IMG/VR virus record: IMGVR_UViG_3300027533_000034
Location: 1 to 48,526 of that record
Direction: 5' to 3' (one strand)
Length of the DNA stretch: 48,526 nt
From: a virus
Taxonomy: Duplodnaviria > Caudoviricetes
In this document: in pieces, positions 8,308 to 17,449 of the stretch
Layout of the letters: each line of letters begins with the position of its first letter
Position numbering within the stretch: position 1 is the stretch's first letter
Notes under the pieces: model-generated
Told to the model about the DNA's origin: nothing
Databases searched by the model: none
The model's input: the letters and a program-made list of their open reading frames with translations, nothing else
Program-made: the position numbers and the translations under genes

Positions 8308-8552
8308 TGGACATCTTCAAGGATCTCGTAAGCCCAATCGCGAGGGAAGAAATAGGCGACTGTCTCGTGATTTGGCGCGGTCAGTATGTGCATGGCACTC
8401 GTGGGCCGGGTGCGCGTGGGCACAATTTCAAGGGAAGCCTCGAAGCCTGTATCGCGTATATCAACGCTCAGCCTGAAGATGACCATCGGCATACGAGGAA
8501 GAATCTCGTAATCGTCGATATGCGTGGTCGCCTCGTTCCGTTCGTCCGATAA
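8307..8552 (+). CDS. Hypothetical protein (MDIFKDLV...)
   Basis: Start re-called to the TAATG overlap at 8307. Confidence 0.6.
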   Translation: MDIFKDLVSPIAREEIGDCLVIWRGQYVHGTRGPGARGHNFKGSLEACIAYINAQPEDDHRHTRKNLVIVDMRGRLVPFVR

Positions 8553-8576
8553 CCATTCCCTGATAGGAACTGATTT

Positions 8577-9428
8577 ATGAGCAAAGAAAAAGATTTCACT
8601 CTCGATGAGATGCTAGGCTTCGTGCGCGACGCCTCGATCCCCAATCCCGCCAACATCCCCGGCTTGGATATGGTGCCTGCTTCACAACTGAACAGCATCG
8701 GCCAGCCTCTCACTGATGAGGAGCGGGCTGAATACGAAGCTCTGAAGGCCGCCAAACTTCAGCAGCGTATCGCCGATATGGAAGCAGCGAATGCTCGTGC
8801 GCGCGTGGCGATCAGCGGCCCGAACTATATGAAGCCGGTCAACGAGCGCCTGACGCTCCCCATCCCCGAGCCTCTCGCTCACGTGGTCAACCCCGAAGAA
8901 CCCAGCTCCATCATCGCTCCGAAGCTCAACGATTTCAACTCGGGCCTCGATGTGAAAGAGCTTCTCGAATGGGCGTCCAAAGCTGAGACGCTCCCCGATG
9001 CTGGCTCCTACACTGAGGAGCCTGATGATGAATACGCGCAGGTGTTCAACGCATCTGTGGAAGCTGGCGCGCCCATGAGCCTCGAAAAGATCATGGCTCG
9101 TCGCCATCTTCTCAATCGCATGGTTCGTCGCTTCAAGATTCAAGACCTGGGCCTGAAGAAAGTCTATCAGGACAAGCTCCAGCATGCGACTCCCGCCGAA
9201 TTGAAGCTCCTGAGGGATAAGGACACCGAGTTCTACACTCTCAAGGGCAAGCCCAAAGCTCACAAGGCTCCCGCGAAGAAAAAGGAAGCACTCACGAAGC
9301 TCGAACAGATCGTGAAGACTTTCTGCGGCCTGAAGTTCAAGGATGCGGTCATCATCGAGAACCTCAAAGAAGAGGGAATCGAAGTTCCGGCCAACATCTC
9401 CGAAGTAATCGCGCGCTTCAGGAAATAG
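8577..9428 (+). CDS. Hypothetical protein (283 aa)
   Basis: Long ORF with phage-like codon use, co-oriented with the operon. Confidence 0.8.
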   Translation: MSKEKDFTLDEMLGFVRDASIPNPANIPGLDMVPASQLNSIGQPLTDEERAEYEALKAAKLQQRIADMEAANARARVAISGPNYMKPVNERLTLPIPEPLAHVVNPEEPSSIIAPKLNDFNSGLDVKELLEWASKAETLPDAGSYTEEPDDEYAQVFNASVEAGAPMSLEKIMARRHLLNRMVRRFKIQDLGLKKVYQDKLQHATPAELKLLRDKDTEFYTLKGKPKAHKAPAKKKEALTKLEQIVKTFCGLKFKDAVIIENLKEEGIEVPANISEVIARFRK

Positions 9429-9436
9429 TTCGAACC

Positions 9437-9628
9437 GTGAACACTTTCTCCATCGACTCATCGGATAAGCCCCTCGTGCGTCTGGCTGTGGCAACTTACT
9501 TGCTCGGCCAGATGCTTGAGACTCCCATCAACGCCAGACCTAACTCATCGGAGACACCGAAGGAACGCAAGGTAAAGGCGGCTATTGAATATGCCGACCT
9601 TCTCATCAACTTCATCATCACTGAATAA
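9437..9628 (+). CDS. Hypothetical protein
   Basis: 63-aa ORF filling the gap in the operon. Confidence 0.55.
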   Translation: MNTFSIDSSDKPLVRLAVATYLLGQMLETPINARPNSSETPKERKVKAAIEYADLLINFIITE

Positions 9629-9651
9629 CCTTCTGATAGAGGACTGACTAA

Positions 9652-9948
9652 ATGACTGACTACGCGATGCTCGAAGCTCTGTATAAGAAAGACCTGGCGG
9701 ATAAGTATCCGCAATACCAGCGCGTGCTCGATCGGGCCGCAAAGGTATACGTGCTCATGGCTACTCGGCGTTACTGTGTGCGCGCCTCGTGCTGGTATGA
9801 GAAGAACGATCTCGTGCTCGGCATCGGAGACCCGACCACGCGACCCTGGGCGCCTAAACAGACGTTCTGGCAAATCTACGCTCCCGCTCAGCAGGGTCTG
9901 TGCCTCGCGCCAGCCTCCCACTTTCAGGTTGTGAAGGTGGTGCGCTAA
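9652..9948 (+). CDS. Hypothetical protein
   Basis: 98-aa ORF, AGGA RBS, TAATG coupling to the helicase. Confidence 0.65.
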   Translation: MTDYAMLEALYKKDLADKYPQYQRVLDRAAKVYVLMATRRYCVRASCWYEKNDLVLGIGDPTTRPWAPKQTFWQIYAPAQQGLCLAPASHFQVVKVVR

Positions 9949-11519
9949 TGAGCAGCACGATTATCAAACTGAAGTGCCCACATTGTGGGAAGCCTGCGAT
10001 GCAGGAGCGGTCAACTCGCGTCATCAACGAGCTCTTCATCAAGCTCGCATGCGGACATACCATCATCCGTAACGCTCTGGCACCGCCGTCGCCTGAGGAA
10101 ATCATCTCAGAAGATGGTCGCCAGCTTTTCGACTACCAGATTAAGACGGTGGAGATGGTGGAAGCTGCTGGTGGCTCGGCCATCATCGCGCACGAGATGG
10201 GTCTCGGCAAAACGGTCTGCGATTTGGCCGTTCTCCTGCGAAACAAGGCCAAGATGCTTCCCGCTCTCTACATCGTCAAGAGCGGGCTCAGACTCCAGTG
10301 GCTGGGCGAGGTAGCGAGATGGGCTGGCTTGCCATCGCAGGTCATCTACACATCGAGCGAGAAGCCCTATACGAAAATCTTCAAGGTTGTCATCGTGTCC
10401 ATCGACATGGTGCGAAACTTGAAGTGGACCGAGGCGGAAATCGCGCAGTTCAAGTCTGTCACCATCGATGAGTGCCAGATGATTAAGAACTCCACGAGCC
10501 AGCGAACAATGGCTATCCGCAAGATGTTCTCGAAGGTGCCATACCGCCGTGGTTTGAGCGGCACGCCAATCAAGAACAATGCTGGCGAATACTTCAGCAT
10601 CTTGAACTTCGTCAATCCTACTCAGTTCCCGAGCGAGGCGAAGTTCCTTCGAGACGACGTGGTGTTTGATGGCTACAAAGCATACGGCCTGAAATACCCG
10701 AAGGCATTCGAGGCGAAGACGAAGGACTGGATCTTCAGATACCTCCGAGAAGAAGTGCTCCCTGATCTTCCACCGATTTTTCGGCAGTTCCGCAAGGTGG
10801 AGATGGAAGAGGGACTCGCTGAAGCATACAACGAGGTGGTGAAGGAGTTCTGCAAATACTACGAGGGTCTCGAAGAGGAGCCGGACTTCGGGGAGAGCAC
10901 GAACATCCTGGGCTACTTCGCTAAGATGCGCCACATCACGGGCATTGCGAAGTCACAGGCCGCCGTTGATTACGCCGAGGAGTTCTTGCTCAGCACAACG
11001 CGGAAGCTCACGATCTTCGTGCATCACAAGAGGGTGGGTGCGGCCGTTATCGCCAAGCTCAATAAGACCCTCGAAGATGGCGGCTTTGGCTCGGCGGCTG
11101 AGATTACTTCAGACATGCCTGTCGAGGAGCGCGCCCGGCAAGTTGAGAAGTTCCGTTCGCCTGAGTGCCGTGTGATGGTGGCTTCAACTCTGGCGGCTGG
11201 CGAAGGACTGAACCTCCAGTTTTGCTCAGACTGTCTGATACTGGAGCGCCAGTGGAACCCGGCTAACGAGGAGCAGGCTGAAGCGAGATTCCCACGGCCT
11301 GGAACTGAAATCAAGCGCTCGTTGGGTGGCGTGATAACCGCCGCCTACCTCATCGCAATTGGCACCATCGATGAGTGGCTCACTGAGCTGGTCGAGAAGA
11401 AGCGCAGCATCATGCAGCAGACTCTCGATGGTAAGAGTGTTCACTGGGAGCAGCAGAGTCTCATGAAGGAACTCGCTGATATCCTCTTTACCAAAGGTCG
11501 CTCAAACCGTATTCGGTGA
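9948..11519 (+). CDS. SNF2-family (SF2) helicase/ATPase with an N-terminal Zn-ribbon-like segment
   Basis: HEMGLGKT (motif I), IDECQ (II), LSGTP (III), AAGEGLNLQ and WNPANEEQAEAR (V/VI); N-terminal CPHC...CGH. Confidence 0.92.
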   Translation: MSSTIIKLKCPHCGKPAMQERSTRVINELFIKLACGHTIIRNALAPPSPEEIISEDGRQLFDYQIKTVEMVEAAGGSAIIAHEMGLGKTVCDLAVLLRNKAKMLPALYIVKSGLRLQWLGEVARWAGLPSQVIYTSSEKPYTKIFKVVIVSIDMVRNLKWTEAEIAQFKSVTIDECQMIKNSTSQRTMAIRKMFSKVPYRRGLSGTPIKNNAGEYFSILNFVNPTQFPSEAKFLRDDVVFDGYKAYGLKYPKAFEAKTKDWIFRYLREEVLPDLPPIFRQFRKVEMEEGLAEAYNEVVKEFCKYYEGLEEEPDFGESTNILGYFAKMRHITGIAKSQAAVDYAEEFLLSTTRKLTIFVHHKRVGAAVIAKLNKTLEDGGFGSAAEITSDMPVEERARQVEKFRSPECRVMVASTLAAGEGLNLQFCSDCLILERQWNPANEEQAEARFPRPGTEIKRSLGGVITAAYLIAIGTIDEWLTELVEKKRSIMQQTLDGKSVHWEQQSLMKELADILFTKGRSNRIR

Positions 11520-11525
11520 GAGTAT

Positions 11526-11592
11526 AGGGGCATCGGGTATTATCCCGGTGCCTCTCTTTCAGCCCTCATAGTGGAGAGTTGAAAGAGAGGCA
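11526..11592 (+). promoter_or_regulatory. Two overlapping, mutually exclusive hairpins downstream of the helicase
   Basis: Stem 1 pairs 11527-37 with 11544-54; stem 2 pairs 11549-67 with 11574-92 (18 of 19 positions pair). Confidence 0.55.
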
Positions 11593-11615
11593 TGAAGCTT
11601 CTCAAAAGGAGACAG

Positions 11616-11900
11616 ATGATGCTGAAGTTCATTGAAGCGGACAGAGGGTATTACGACATTATCGACGGAGAACTCGATGAGGGTCCGCACGTTGGAGCCA
11701 TCGAGATCGAGGGAACCGAGTTCTGGTTCAACTCCCGTGATATCGCTTACCAGTTCACGATGGCCGACCTCATCAGCATCGTGGAGTTCGCCCAGACCGA
11801 AGCGAAGAACCTCGCGGAGCGCCTCGCACGAGGAAACGAAGCGAACGATCGAAGGCTCGCGGAAGTCATCGAAGAAGCGAAGAAGGGCGGCAAGAAGTGA
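11616..11900 (+). CDS. Hypothetical protein
   Basis: Start re-called to ATG 11616 after AAGGAG. Confidence 0.7.
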   Translation: MMLKFIEADRGYYDIIDGELDEGPHVGAIEIEGTEFWFNSRDIAYQFTMADLISIVEFAQTEAKNLAERLARGNEANDRRLAEVIEEAKKGGKK

Positions 11901-12184
11901 AGGTGAACATCAGCAGACAGAACCGTTTCGGCCAGCTGTATAAGCTGACTGAGATCAGCGACGTGGAAACTCGCATCGCGCTCCTGAATAGGGATGCGAC
12001 CGAGAAGAGCTTCATGGTCGTCAAGGCAGAGATTCACGACCTGAGCACTGCATGGTTCCAGTGGCAGATGCGGGGCATGTTCATCCAGGACGCCTTCTAC
12101 TTCCTCAGCCCCGATGAGAGGGAGTTCCTGCTCACCGGCCTGCTCCCCGAGGAGTTCAAGGCTATCGTCGGAGAGGACGAGTAA
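11897..12184 (+). CDS. Conserved phage hypothetical protein
   Basis: Contains IQDAF..LSPDEREFLLTG..PEE, a motif I recall from small phage proteins; GTGA overlap. Confidence 0.7.
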   Translation: MKVNISRQNRFGQLYKLTEISDVETRIALLNRDATEKSFMVVKAEIHDLSTAWFQWQMRGMFIQDAFYFLSPDEREFLLTGLLPEEFKAIVGEDE

Positions 12185-12333
12185 TGTATTACATCGTCAA
12201 GATGTGGTTTCCCAACGGAAACGAGGTCACGGTAACTGTCGTGGCTAGGTCTGAGGGGGATGCCATCAACAAGGCTCGGAAGGGCTACCACGAGGCGACG
12301 AAGGTTGAGGTTCTGGGGAGTCATGGCGCATAA
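12184..12333 (+). CDS. Small hypothetical protein (49 aa, MYYIVKMWFPNG...)
   Basis: Hand-translated; TAATG coupling with the upstream gene. Confidence 0.55.
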   Translation: MYYIVKMWFPNGNEVTVTVVARSEGDAINKARKGYHEATKVEVLGSHGA

Positions 12334-12447
12334 CTGCCTCATGATTCTCGCCATCCCGACGGCATTCGCGCTCATCGGGTTGTTCATCGCTAACATCGGT
12401 CGAATCGATAGCGCAATCTATAGGTGGGAGAAAAAGAGAGGGCTGTG

Positions 12448-12594
12448 ATGTTGGAAGTTGATAAAACTTTTGACTTTCTAATCGGAGAGTGGCTGCGATT
12501 CAAGTCGATGGGATGGCACAAGATGGCGAATCAGTGCTTCATCGCCGCTCTCGCGCATTACCAGAGATACTACCAGCACGAAGGCTTGAAATGA
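12448..12594 (+). CDS. Small hypothetical protein (48 aa, MLEVDKTF...)
   Basis: Hand-translated; GAGG RBS; ATGA overlap with the next gene. Confidence 0.5.
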   Translation: MLEVDKTFDFLIGEWLRFKSMGWHKMANQCFIAALAHYQRYYQHEGLK

Positions 12595-13397
12595 TGAGCA
12601 CACCACAACTAGTAGCAGGGCTACTCAAGACAGGCGGGAAGCTACTCATCGTGGGTGGCGGGATGGCTGAGCTTCCCGATCCCATCGCCAATCATCCCCA
12701 GATACTGATCTGGGATGACCATGATGATGCAATCGGACGGCGTGAGGTGCCCACGAACGTCAAGGTTATCATGTATAACCGATGGGTATCGCATGCCACG
12801 GCTCGGAAACTTGGTGTCGCGGCTAACTCGCTGCGCGCCATCAAGTTTCCGATGCTCAAAACTCGGGAAATCAAAGAGTTGTTGTCCGAGTTCTTGCAGA
12901 CCGACGCTATCGAGGCGCCGAAACAAGAATTAGAGCGGGAGACGGAAGCTTTCATCGCATCTACGCCAATCGTAACTGAGGAAAAGCCGAGTGAATCGGC
13001 AATCGAGGAGACAGTAGTGGTTAATTCAAAGGATAGAGTGGGAGCTGGAGTTCTCAAGGACTTCATTGCACGGAAGTTCGACAGCGCCAAGAGCTACAAG
13101 GAGCGCGGCACCATCTCGAAGGAAGCTGAGCGCCTGTTCAAGCTCGCCAAGGGCGAAGGCATCCAGACCTCGAAGAACTCAATCGCTCAGGCAATCGGGA
13201 AGCTCTCCAAGACGGGTGGAAAGACGCATCACATTCCCACGCGGAACGTCAACGACGACTTCGAGCAGTTGGATGTGCTCATCAGCGACGCCATCGCTGC
13301 GATGAAGCTCGTTCAGGAGCATCTCCCGAAGGTTCGGAAGGAAACTGAGCGCCTCCGAGGGATGAAGGACCGGGTGCTGAAACTGTTCAGCGAGTGA
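12591..13397 (+). CDS. Hypothetical protein with an N-terminal alpha/beta domain and C-terminal coiled coil
   Basis: Start re-called to 12591; KLLIVGGG strand-loop at the N-terminus. Confidence 0.75.
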   Translation: MMSTPQLVAGLLKTGGKLLIVGGGMAELPDPIANHPQILIWDDHDDAIGRREVPTNVKVIMYNRWVSHATARKLGVAANSLRAIKFPMLKTREIKELLSEFLQTDAIEAPKQELERETEAFIASTPIVTEEKPSESAIEETVVVNSKDRVGAGVLKDFIARKFDSAKSYKERGTISKEAERLFKLAKGEGIQTSKNSIAQAIGKLSKTGGKTHHIPTRNVNDDFEQLDVLISDAIAAMKLVQEHLPKVRKETERLRGMKDRVLKLFSE

Positions 13398-13404
13398 ACA
13401 CTTA

Positions 13405-13737
13405 ATGATTCACTTCTGTTGCGGCTGTGGTAACCCATGTGATTGTTGGGCATTCGATCAGTCACATGGGGATGTCTGCGACAAGTGCTCAGACTGCCTT
13501 AACAACTTCGAGACCAAAATGAAACCGAGCGACTACATCTACATCAAAGCGTGGGGCATCATCATGAGCAGCCTTCCATACTATATCGAAGGGGAACAGT
13601 CAAAGGCTGCTACTGAGAATGCCCCCGGGGATGCCATCTACAAGAGCAGCAGGGGTGAGTGGGTGCGCCTCTCCACTTGCTCCGAAGGTGTCCAGGCTGA
13701 CGTGAAGAAGATTGTGAAGGGATTTCATGAGCGATAA
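13405..13737 (+). CDS. Hypothetical protein with a Cys-rich N-terminus
   Basis: CCGCGNPCDC...CDKCSDC; an alternative internal start at MKPSDY is possible. Confidence 0.55.
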   Translation: MIHFCCGCGNPCDCWAFDQSHGDVCDKCSDCLNNFETKMKPSDYIYIKAWGIIMSSLPYYIEGEQSKAATENAPGDAIYKSSRGEWVRLSTCSEGVQADVKKIVKGFHER

Positions 13738-13969
13738 CATCGTCAAGCATCAGATCCAGTGCATCCAGGATCACGGACTCAACCTCACAGAGTGGGAGGA
13801 GGAGTTCATCCGCTCCATCATACTTCAGCACAAAGCGGGACGAACGCTGAGTGAGAAGCAGGAAGCCATCGTGGAGCGTATCTACAACGCCAAGACACCG
13901 ACAGGGAGCAGATTTGGATATGAAGAAGGGAAGAAAACAACTCGTGTTCGAGAAGAAGGTCGCGAGTAG
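13727..13969 (+). CDS. Hypothetical protein
   Basis: LTEWEEEFIRSI...LSEKQ..IVERIY pattern seen in small phage proteins. Confidence 0.65.
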   Translation: MSDNIVKHQIQCIQDHGLNLTEWEEEFIRSIILQHKAGRTLSEKQEAIVERIYNAKTPTGSRFGYEEGKKTTRVREEGRE

Positions 13970-14129
13970 CACCAAGCGGAAGCATAGGCCTGAGTCAATC
14001 AGGATTCTATGCCATGACTGCGGTGAGTATGAGACGAGGAACCAGCTGACAATCTCGCGGTTCTTCTCATACGTGCTCCCTCATACGTGCGAACGCTGTC
14101 CCTGTGAAGCCGTGCGGGTGAGGACATGA
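13920..14129 (+). CDS. Small Zn-finger-like protein
   Basis: CHDC...CERC; ATGA overlap with the next gene. Confidence 0.45.
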   Translation: MKKGRKQLVFEKKVASSTKRKHRPESIRILCHDCGEYETRNQLTISRFFSYVLPHTCERCPCEAVRVRT

Positions 14130-14599
14130 GCGGGGAACCTTGGCACATGGACTGCGCCGACTTCCAGGTGGGCGCGTGTTGCACTGGCTGTCACGAATCG
14201 GGGTGGACTATCACGGTCTACCCCGAATCGGCATACTCAGAGAAGTATGCAACTGGGAAGCTCCCGGACCTGAGCTTGGGCATCTCGGGCCATGTTTGCT
14301 GCGGGAGATTCGAGGAAGTCAAGAGACTCCCAAGAGGTTGGTGGATTCGCCGATACGCTGAGAAGAAGGGATGGAAGGAGAATGATATCGCAATCGTCCT
14401 TGCAGCGTCTCCTGAGAAGTTTCTCACCGTCTGCGGAGAAATCTCCAGCAAATACTGGAGGGCCGAGCATCCCGATATCCAGGTCGCTCGACCTCAAGCA
14501 CCAAGAAAGGGTGTTAGAGCAGCAAGAGGAAATGATTGTCCAGGCTGCGGCAACAAGTGGGACGGTAACGTCTGTAACAACTGCGGGCACGCCGGTTAA
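14126..14599 (+). CDS. Cys-rich hypothetical protein with a C-terminal Zn ribbon
   Basis: CCTGCH, VCCG and CPGC...CNNCGH motifs. Confidence 0.7.
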   Translation: MSGEPWHMDCADFQVGACCTGCHESGWTITVYPESAYSEKYATGKLPDLSLGISGHVCCGRFEEVKRLPRGWWIRRYAEKKGWKENDIAIVLAASPEKFLTVCGEISSKYWRAEHPDIQVARPQAPRKGVRAARGNDCPGCGNKWDGNVCNNCGHAG

Positions 14600-14617
14600 A
14601 CGAGGAGGACGACGAAG

Positions 14618-14962
14618 ATGAGTGACCATCGTAAGGACTACCCGATCGACAAGCTCACCGAGGATCTTGAGAAGTATCAGATTCCCGGCTACATGCACGG
14701 CAGCATCATCAACTACGTCCGTAACGGATGGCCAGTTGGAGACTTCCTGCGTGCCATCATCGAGGGAGACTTCTTTAAGGCGTGCGCGCATGCTGACGAG
14801 GAGAACTTTGCAGTCATCGGGAACTATGCGCGGTTCTTCTTCAACTGCACTCCAGCGGGATGCTTCGGTCAGAAGGGCGTCGTGAAGGAGTGGAACGAGC
14901 ACAAGGGACTGCACTATACGGTGCTCCCGAAGGCTGAGAAGTCAACTCTCTCGACGAGGTAG
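14618..14962 (+). CDS. Conserved phage hypothetical protein
   Basis: GGAGGA RBS; Y...G.P.GDFLRAI...D...A...AD..N pattern. Confidence 0.75.
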   Translation: MSDHRKDYPIDKLTEDLEKYQIPGYMHGSIINYVRNGWPVGDFLRAIIEGDFFKACAHADEENFAVIGNYARFFFNCTPAGCFGQKGVVKEWNEHKGLHYTVLPKAEKSTLSTR

Positions 14963-14963
14963 T

Positions 14964-15272
14964 ATGCAGCAGGTCAGGCATAACAAATACGGGGTATTTA
15001 TGGGTGTGGCCCACGGCAAGGCGCACTTCCATAAAATCTCCGAGTGCTGTCATGGCCTGGGTGTCTACCAGTTTGTGCGCGACAGTCAGATTAAAGCATT
15101 CTTTGATCTTGCTGACTCGCCACATCTACCGGAGCGACTGAAGAAGGATGAGTTCACGGTTGAGCCGTGGGATTCTCGTTTGAATGAGTTCCTCGCAAAT
15201 GAAGGAACCCTACAAGACTGTGAAGATTTTTTAACTGCGTCATTGGCGCACTTTCCCATCTGTGTAAACTGA
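14964..15272 (+). CDS. Hypothetical protein
   Basis: 102-aa ORF tightly packed in the operon. Confidence 0.55.
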   Translation: MQQVRHNKYGVFMGVAHGKAHFHKISECCHGLGVYQFVRDSQIKAFFDLADSPHLPERLKKDEFTVEPWDSRLNEFLANEGTLQDCEDFLTASLAHFPICVN

Positions 15273-15278
15273 GGAGAC

Positions 15279-15533
15279 ATGAAGCACGTTCAACATCCAC
15301 CCGCAGTGGTGAAGCATACATTGATTGTTACCGTTCGAGACTTCATCGGCCTACTAACTCGTGACCGCAGCGTGCTGAACGGGCACACCGAGACGTTCAC
15401 TCAGAAGTTGCGAGAGTCACTCGCGACGGCTACGCAGTTTCAGGTTAGCCTGATTGCCAACTCGTCGCTCATGCCGCTCTCAAGCGTAGACCGCGATGAG
15501 GAGTTCATTCAGGTTGATTGGGAGGCAGAATGA
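15279..15533 (+). CDS. Hypothetical protein
   Basis: GAGGAG RBS; ATGA overlap with the nuclease gene. Confidence 0.65.
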   Translation: MKHVQHPPAVVKHTLIVTVRDFIGLLTRDRSVLNGHTETFTQKLRESLATATQFQVSLIANSSLMPLSSVDRDEEFIQVDWEAE

Positions 15534-16384
15534 GAACCATAGCATTGGACTCCCAGATTCTGAACACCTTGTGCTCATGCCCAAGGAAGGTCAGATTGGA
15601 GTTCCTACAGAACTGGAGACCGACAGAGAAGGCTGAAGCTCTGGAGAAGGGCGACCTCATGCACCGCATGTTGGCGCACTACTACCAGGGGCGCAAGGAT
15701 GGGCACAAGCCCTACGATACGGTCAACGAGGCCGTGGAGATTGCGCGCCGTGCATCAGTTGACATGGACCTGAACGAGTCCACGGTTGACGAGAACATCA
15801 AGCAGTTCAAGTCATACGCGCTGTGGTATCAGAGCGATGGCTGGGAGCCGCTTGAGATAGAGAGACCGTTCTCCAAGGTGCTCTATGAGAGAGAAGATGT
15901 CGAAGGCAAAGAAGGTCTGCGGGTTCTGTATGAGGGAGTCATTGATCTCATCACTAAGACCCCACATGGAATCTTTGTTACTGACCATAAAACTGCGTCA
16001 AGGCGATCAACTCCCAGCAAGCTGTCCAATCAGTTCATGGGATACGCATGGGCAACCGATTCGAGCAACTTCATCGTCAATCGCATCGGCTTCCAGAAAA
16101 CGCTCGGGGAACAAGAGAGGTTCCAGAGGGTAATGCTCTCCTACAACTCACCCATCATCGAGGAATGGAAAGAGCAGGCAATCTACTGGACTCGGGTGCT
16201 CGTCAACTACATCGACACGGGATACTTCCCGCCGAACTTTACATCGTGCGACAAATACTCGGGATGCATATTCCAGAAGGTCTGCGAAGCCATCCCCGAG
16301 GTGCGCGAATTCAAATTGATGACCAACTTTTACGTCGGAGAACCGTGGAGTCCCCATACTCGGGATGCTGCGAAGGAAACATAA
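15530..16384 (+). CDS. PD-(D/E)XK exonuclease, Cas4/RecB-like
   Basis: N-terminal CPRK, G..MH, E..F, GVIDLI, DHKT, QF..Y and C-terminal CDKYSGCIFQKVC (split four-Cys Fe-S-type arrangement). Confidence 0.88.
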   Translation: MRTIALDSQILNTLCSCPRKVRLEFLQNWRPTEKAEALEKGDLMHRMLAHYYQGRKDGHKPYDTVNEAVEIARRASVDMDLNESTVDENIKQFKSYALWYQSDGWEPLEIERPFSKVLYEREDVEGKEGLRVLYEGVIDLITKTPHGIFVTDHKTASRRSTPSKLSNQFMGYAWATDSSNFIVNRIGFQKTLGEQERFQRVMLSYNSPIIEEWKEQAIYWTRVLVNYIDTGYFPPNFTSCDKYSGCIFQKVCEAIPEVREFKLMTNFYVGEPWSPHTRDAAKET

Positions 16385-16720
16385 ATGGCTAAGAGGAGAA
16401 AAGCGACTCACATTCACCAGTATCGGCGCTTCAACATTCGCAAGAGTGGAGAGGAGCCATACTTCATCTTCAAGTGCCAGATTGAAGGTTGCACCCATCA
16501 TGTCTCGCGGGAGATGGTGGTTGGCAACCAGTCAATCTGCTGGAACTGCACGGCTCCGTTCCAGATGTCCTACAAGGCAACTTACCTTGCGAAGCCTGTC
16601 TGCAACAATTGCAGGTCTCGGAAGTATAGTGACACGAAGGACGACGGAGCGAAGGAACAGCAGAAGGTCATGTCTATCGAGGACAGGCTCGATGAGATTC
16701 TTGGGAGGGATCTCTTCTGA
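16385..16720 (+). CDS. Zn-finger protein
   Basis: HIHQY, CQIEGCTH, CWNC and CNNC motifs; AAGGA RBS. Confidence 0.75.
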   Translation: MAKRRKATHIHQYRRFNIRKSGEEPYFIFKCQIEGCTHHVSREMVVGNQSICWNCTAPFQMSYKATYLAKPVCNNCRSRKYSDTKDDGAKEQQKVMSIEDRLDEILGRDLF

Positions 16721-16987
16721 AGCTTCGATTCGGTGACAAGAACTTCGGTGAGCTTGAAGACAGGCAGCTGCGCATACCAAAGCCTAAATTGCCCAGCGCC
16801 GTCGATGGCATCATCTACTCCATCCAGAGGACATACCTCCACGATGAGGACATAGTGCGCCTCCTGCGCGTAATATGGTATCGAGCGCAGGGTGGAACCT
16901 GTCGGGAGTGTGGAAAGAGGAAGGACAAACGAGGAGGCTGGTCAGTTTTCATCTGTAAAGAGTGCTACCCGAAGAAGGAGACAAGGG

Positions 16988-17449
16988 ATGATTTACATTC
17001 AGAAGAGTCAGACAGCGGACACAAGAACGTGCGACTACACCAAGGTGACAAGGAACCAGCTTCTCGCAAGCTCACTCCAGCATCTCGGCGACGTTCATCA
17101 GGGACTCGCGTTCTTCGCAGCGGAAATCGTGCGCGCAGCAGGTCGTCATGACTTCGACAAACTGTCGGACATCGACGGATTCCATCGGGACTTCGTGACT
17201 GGGTTCACCCAGACAACGTGGTGGGATGCACATCGCATGCTCAATCGTCACCACCTGTTCCAGGCGGACGGCATCCCGAAGGACGTGAACCTCATCGACG
17301 TGCTCGACCTCATCGTCGATTGCGTCATGGCTGGCATGGGACGTTCGGGAACCGTATACAAGCTCGAACCCTCGCCGGAGTTGCTGGAGCGCGCGTTCCA
17401 GAACACCGTCGAACTTCTCAAGGCTCAGGTTGTTGTGGGGGACAAATGA
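16988..17449 (+). CDS. HD-like metal-dependent phosphohydrolase-fold protein (DUF5662-like)
   Basis: H...V, HDFDK, H...NRHH, D..D...D pattern; start re-called after AAGGAG. Confidence 0.6.
   Translation: MIYIQKSQTADTRTCDYTKVTRNQLLASSLQHLGDVHQGLAFFAAEIVRAAGRHDFDKLSDIDGFHRDFVTGFTQTTWWDAHRMLNRHHLFQADGIPKDVNLIDVLDLIVDCVMAGMGRSGTVYKLEPSPELLERAFQNTVELLKAQVVVGDK

Noticed and set aside
8682-9494. 270-aa minus-strand ORF (and similar antisense ORFs such as 10107..10934 and 14237..14914)
   Set aside because: Antisense shadows of well-supported plus-strand genes in a GC-rich, codon-biased genome.
16789-17151. 120-aa ORF with CREC...CKEC
   Set aside because: The 5' part may be a real small Zn-finger gene, but it has a TTG start without a clear RBS and overlaps the better-supported 16988..17449 gene by more than 160 nt, so it is left uncalled.
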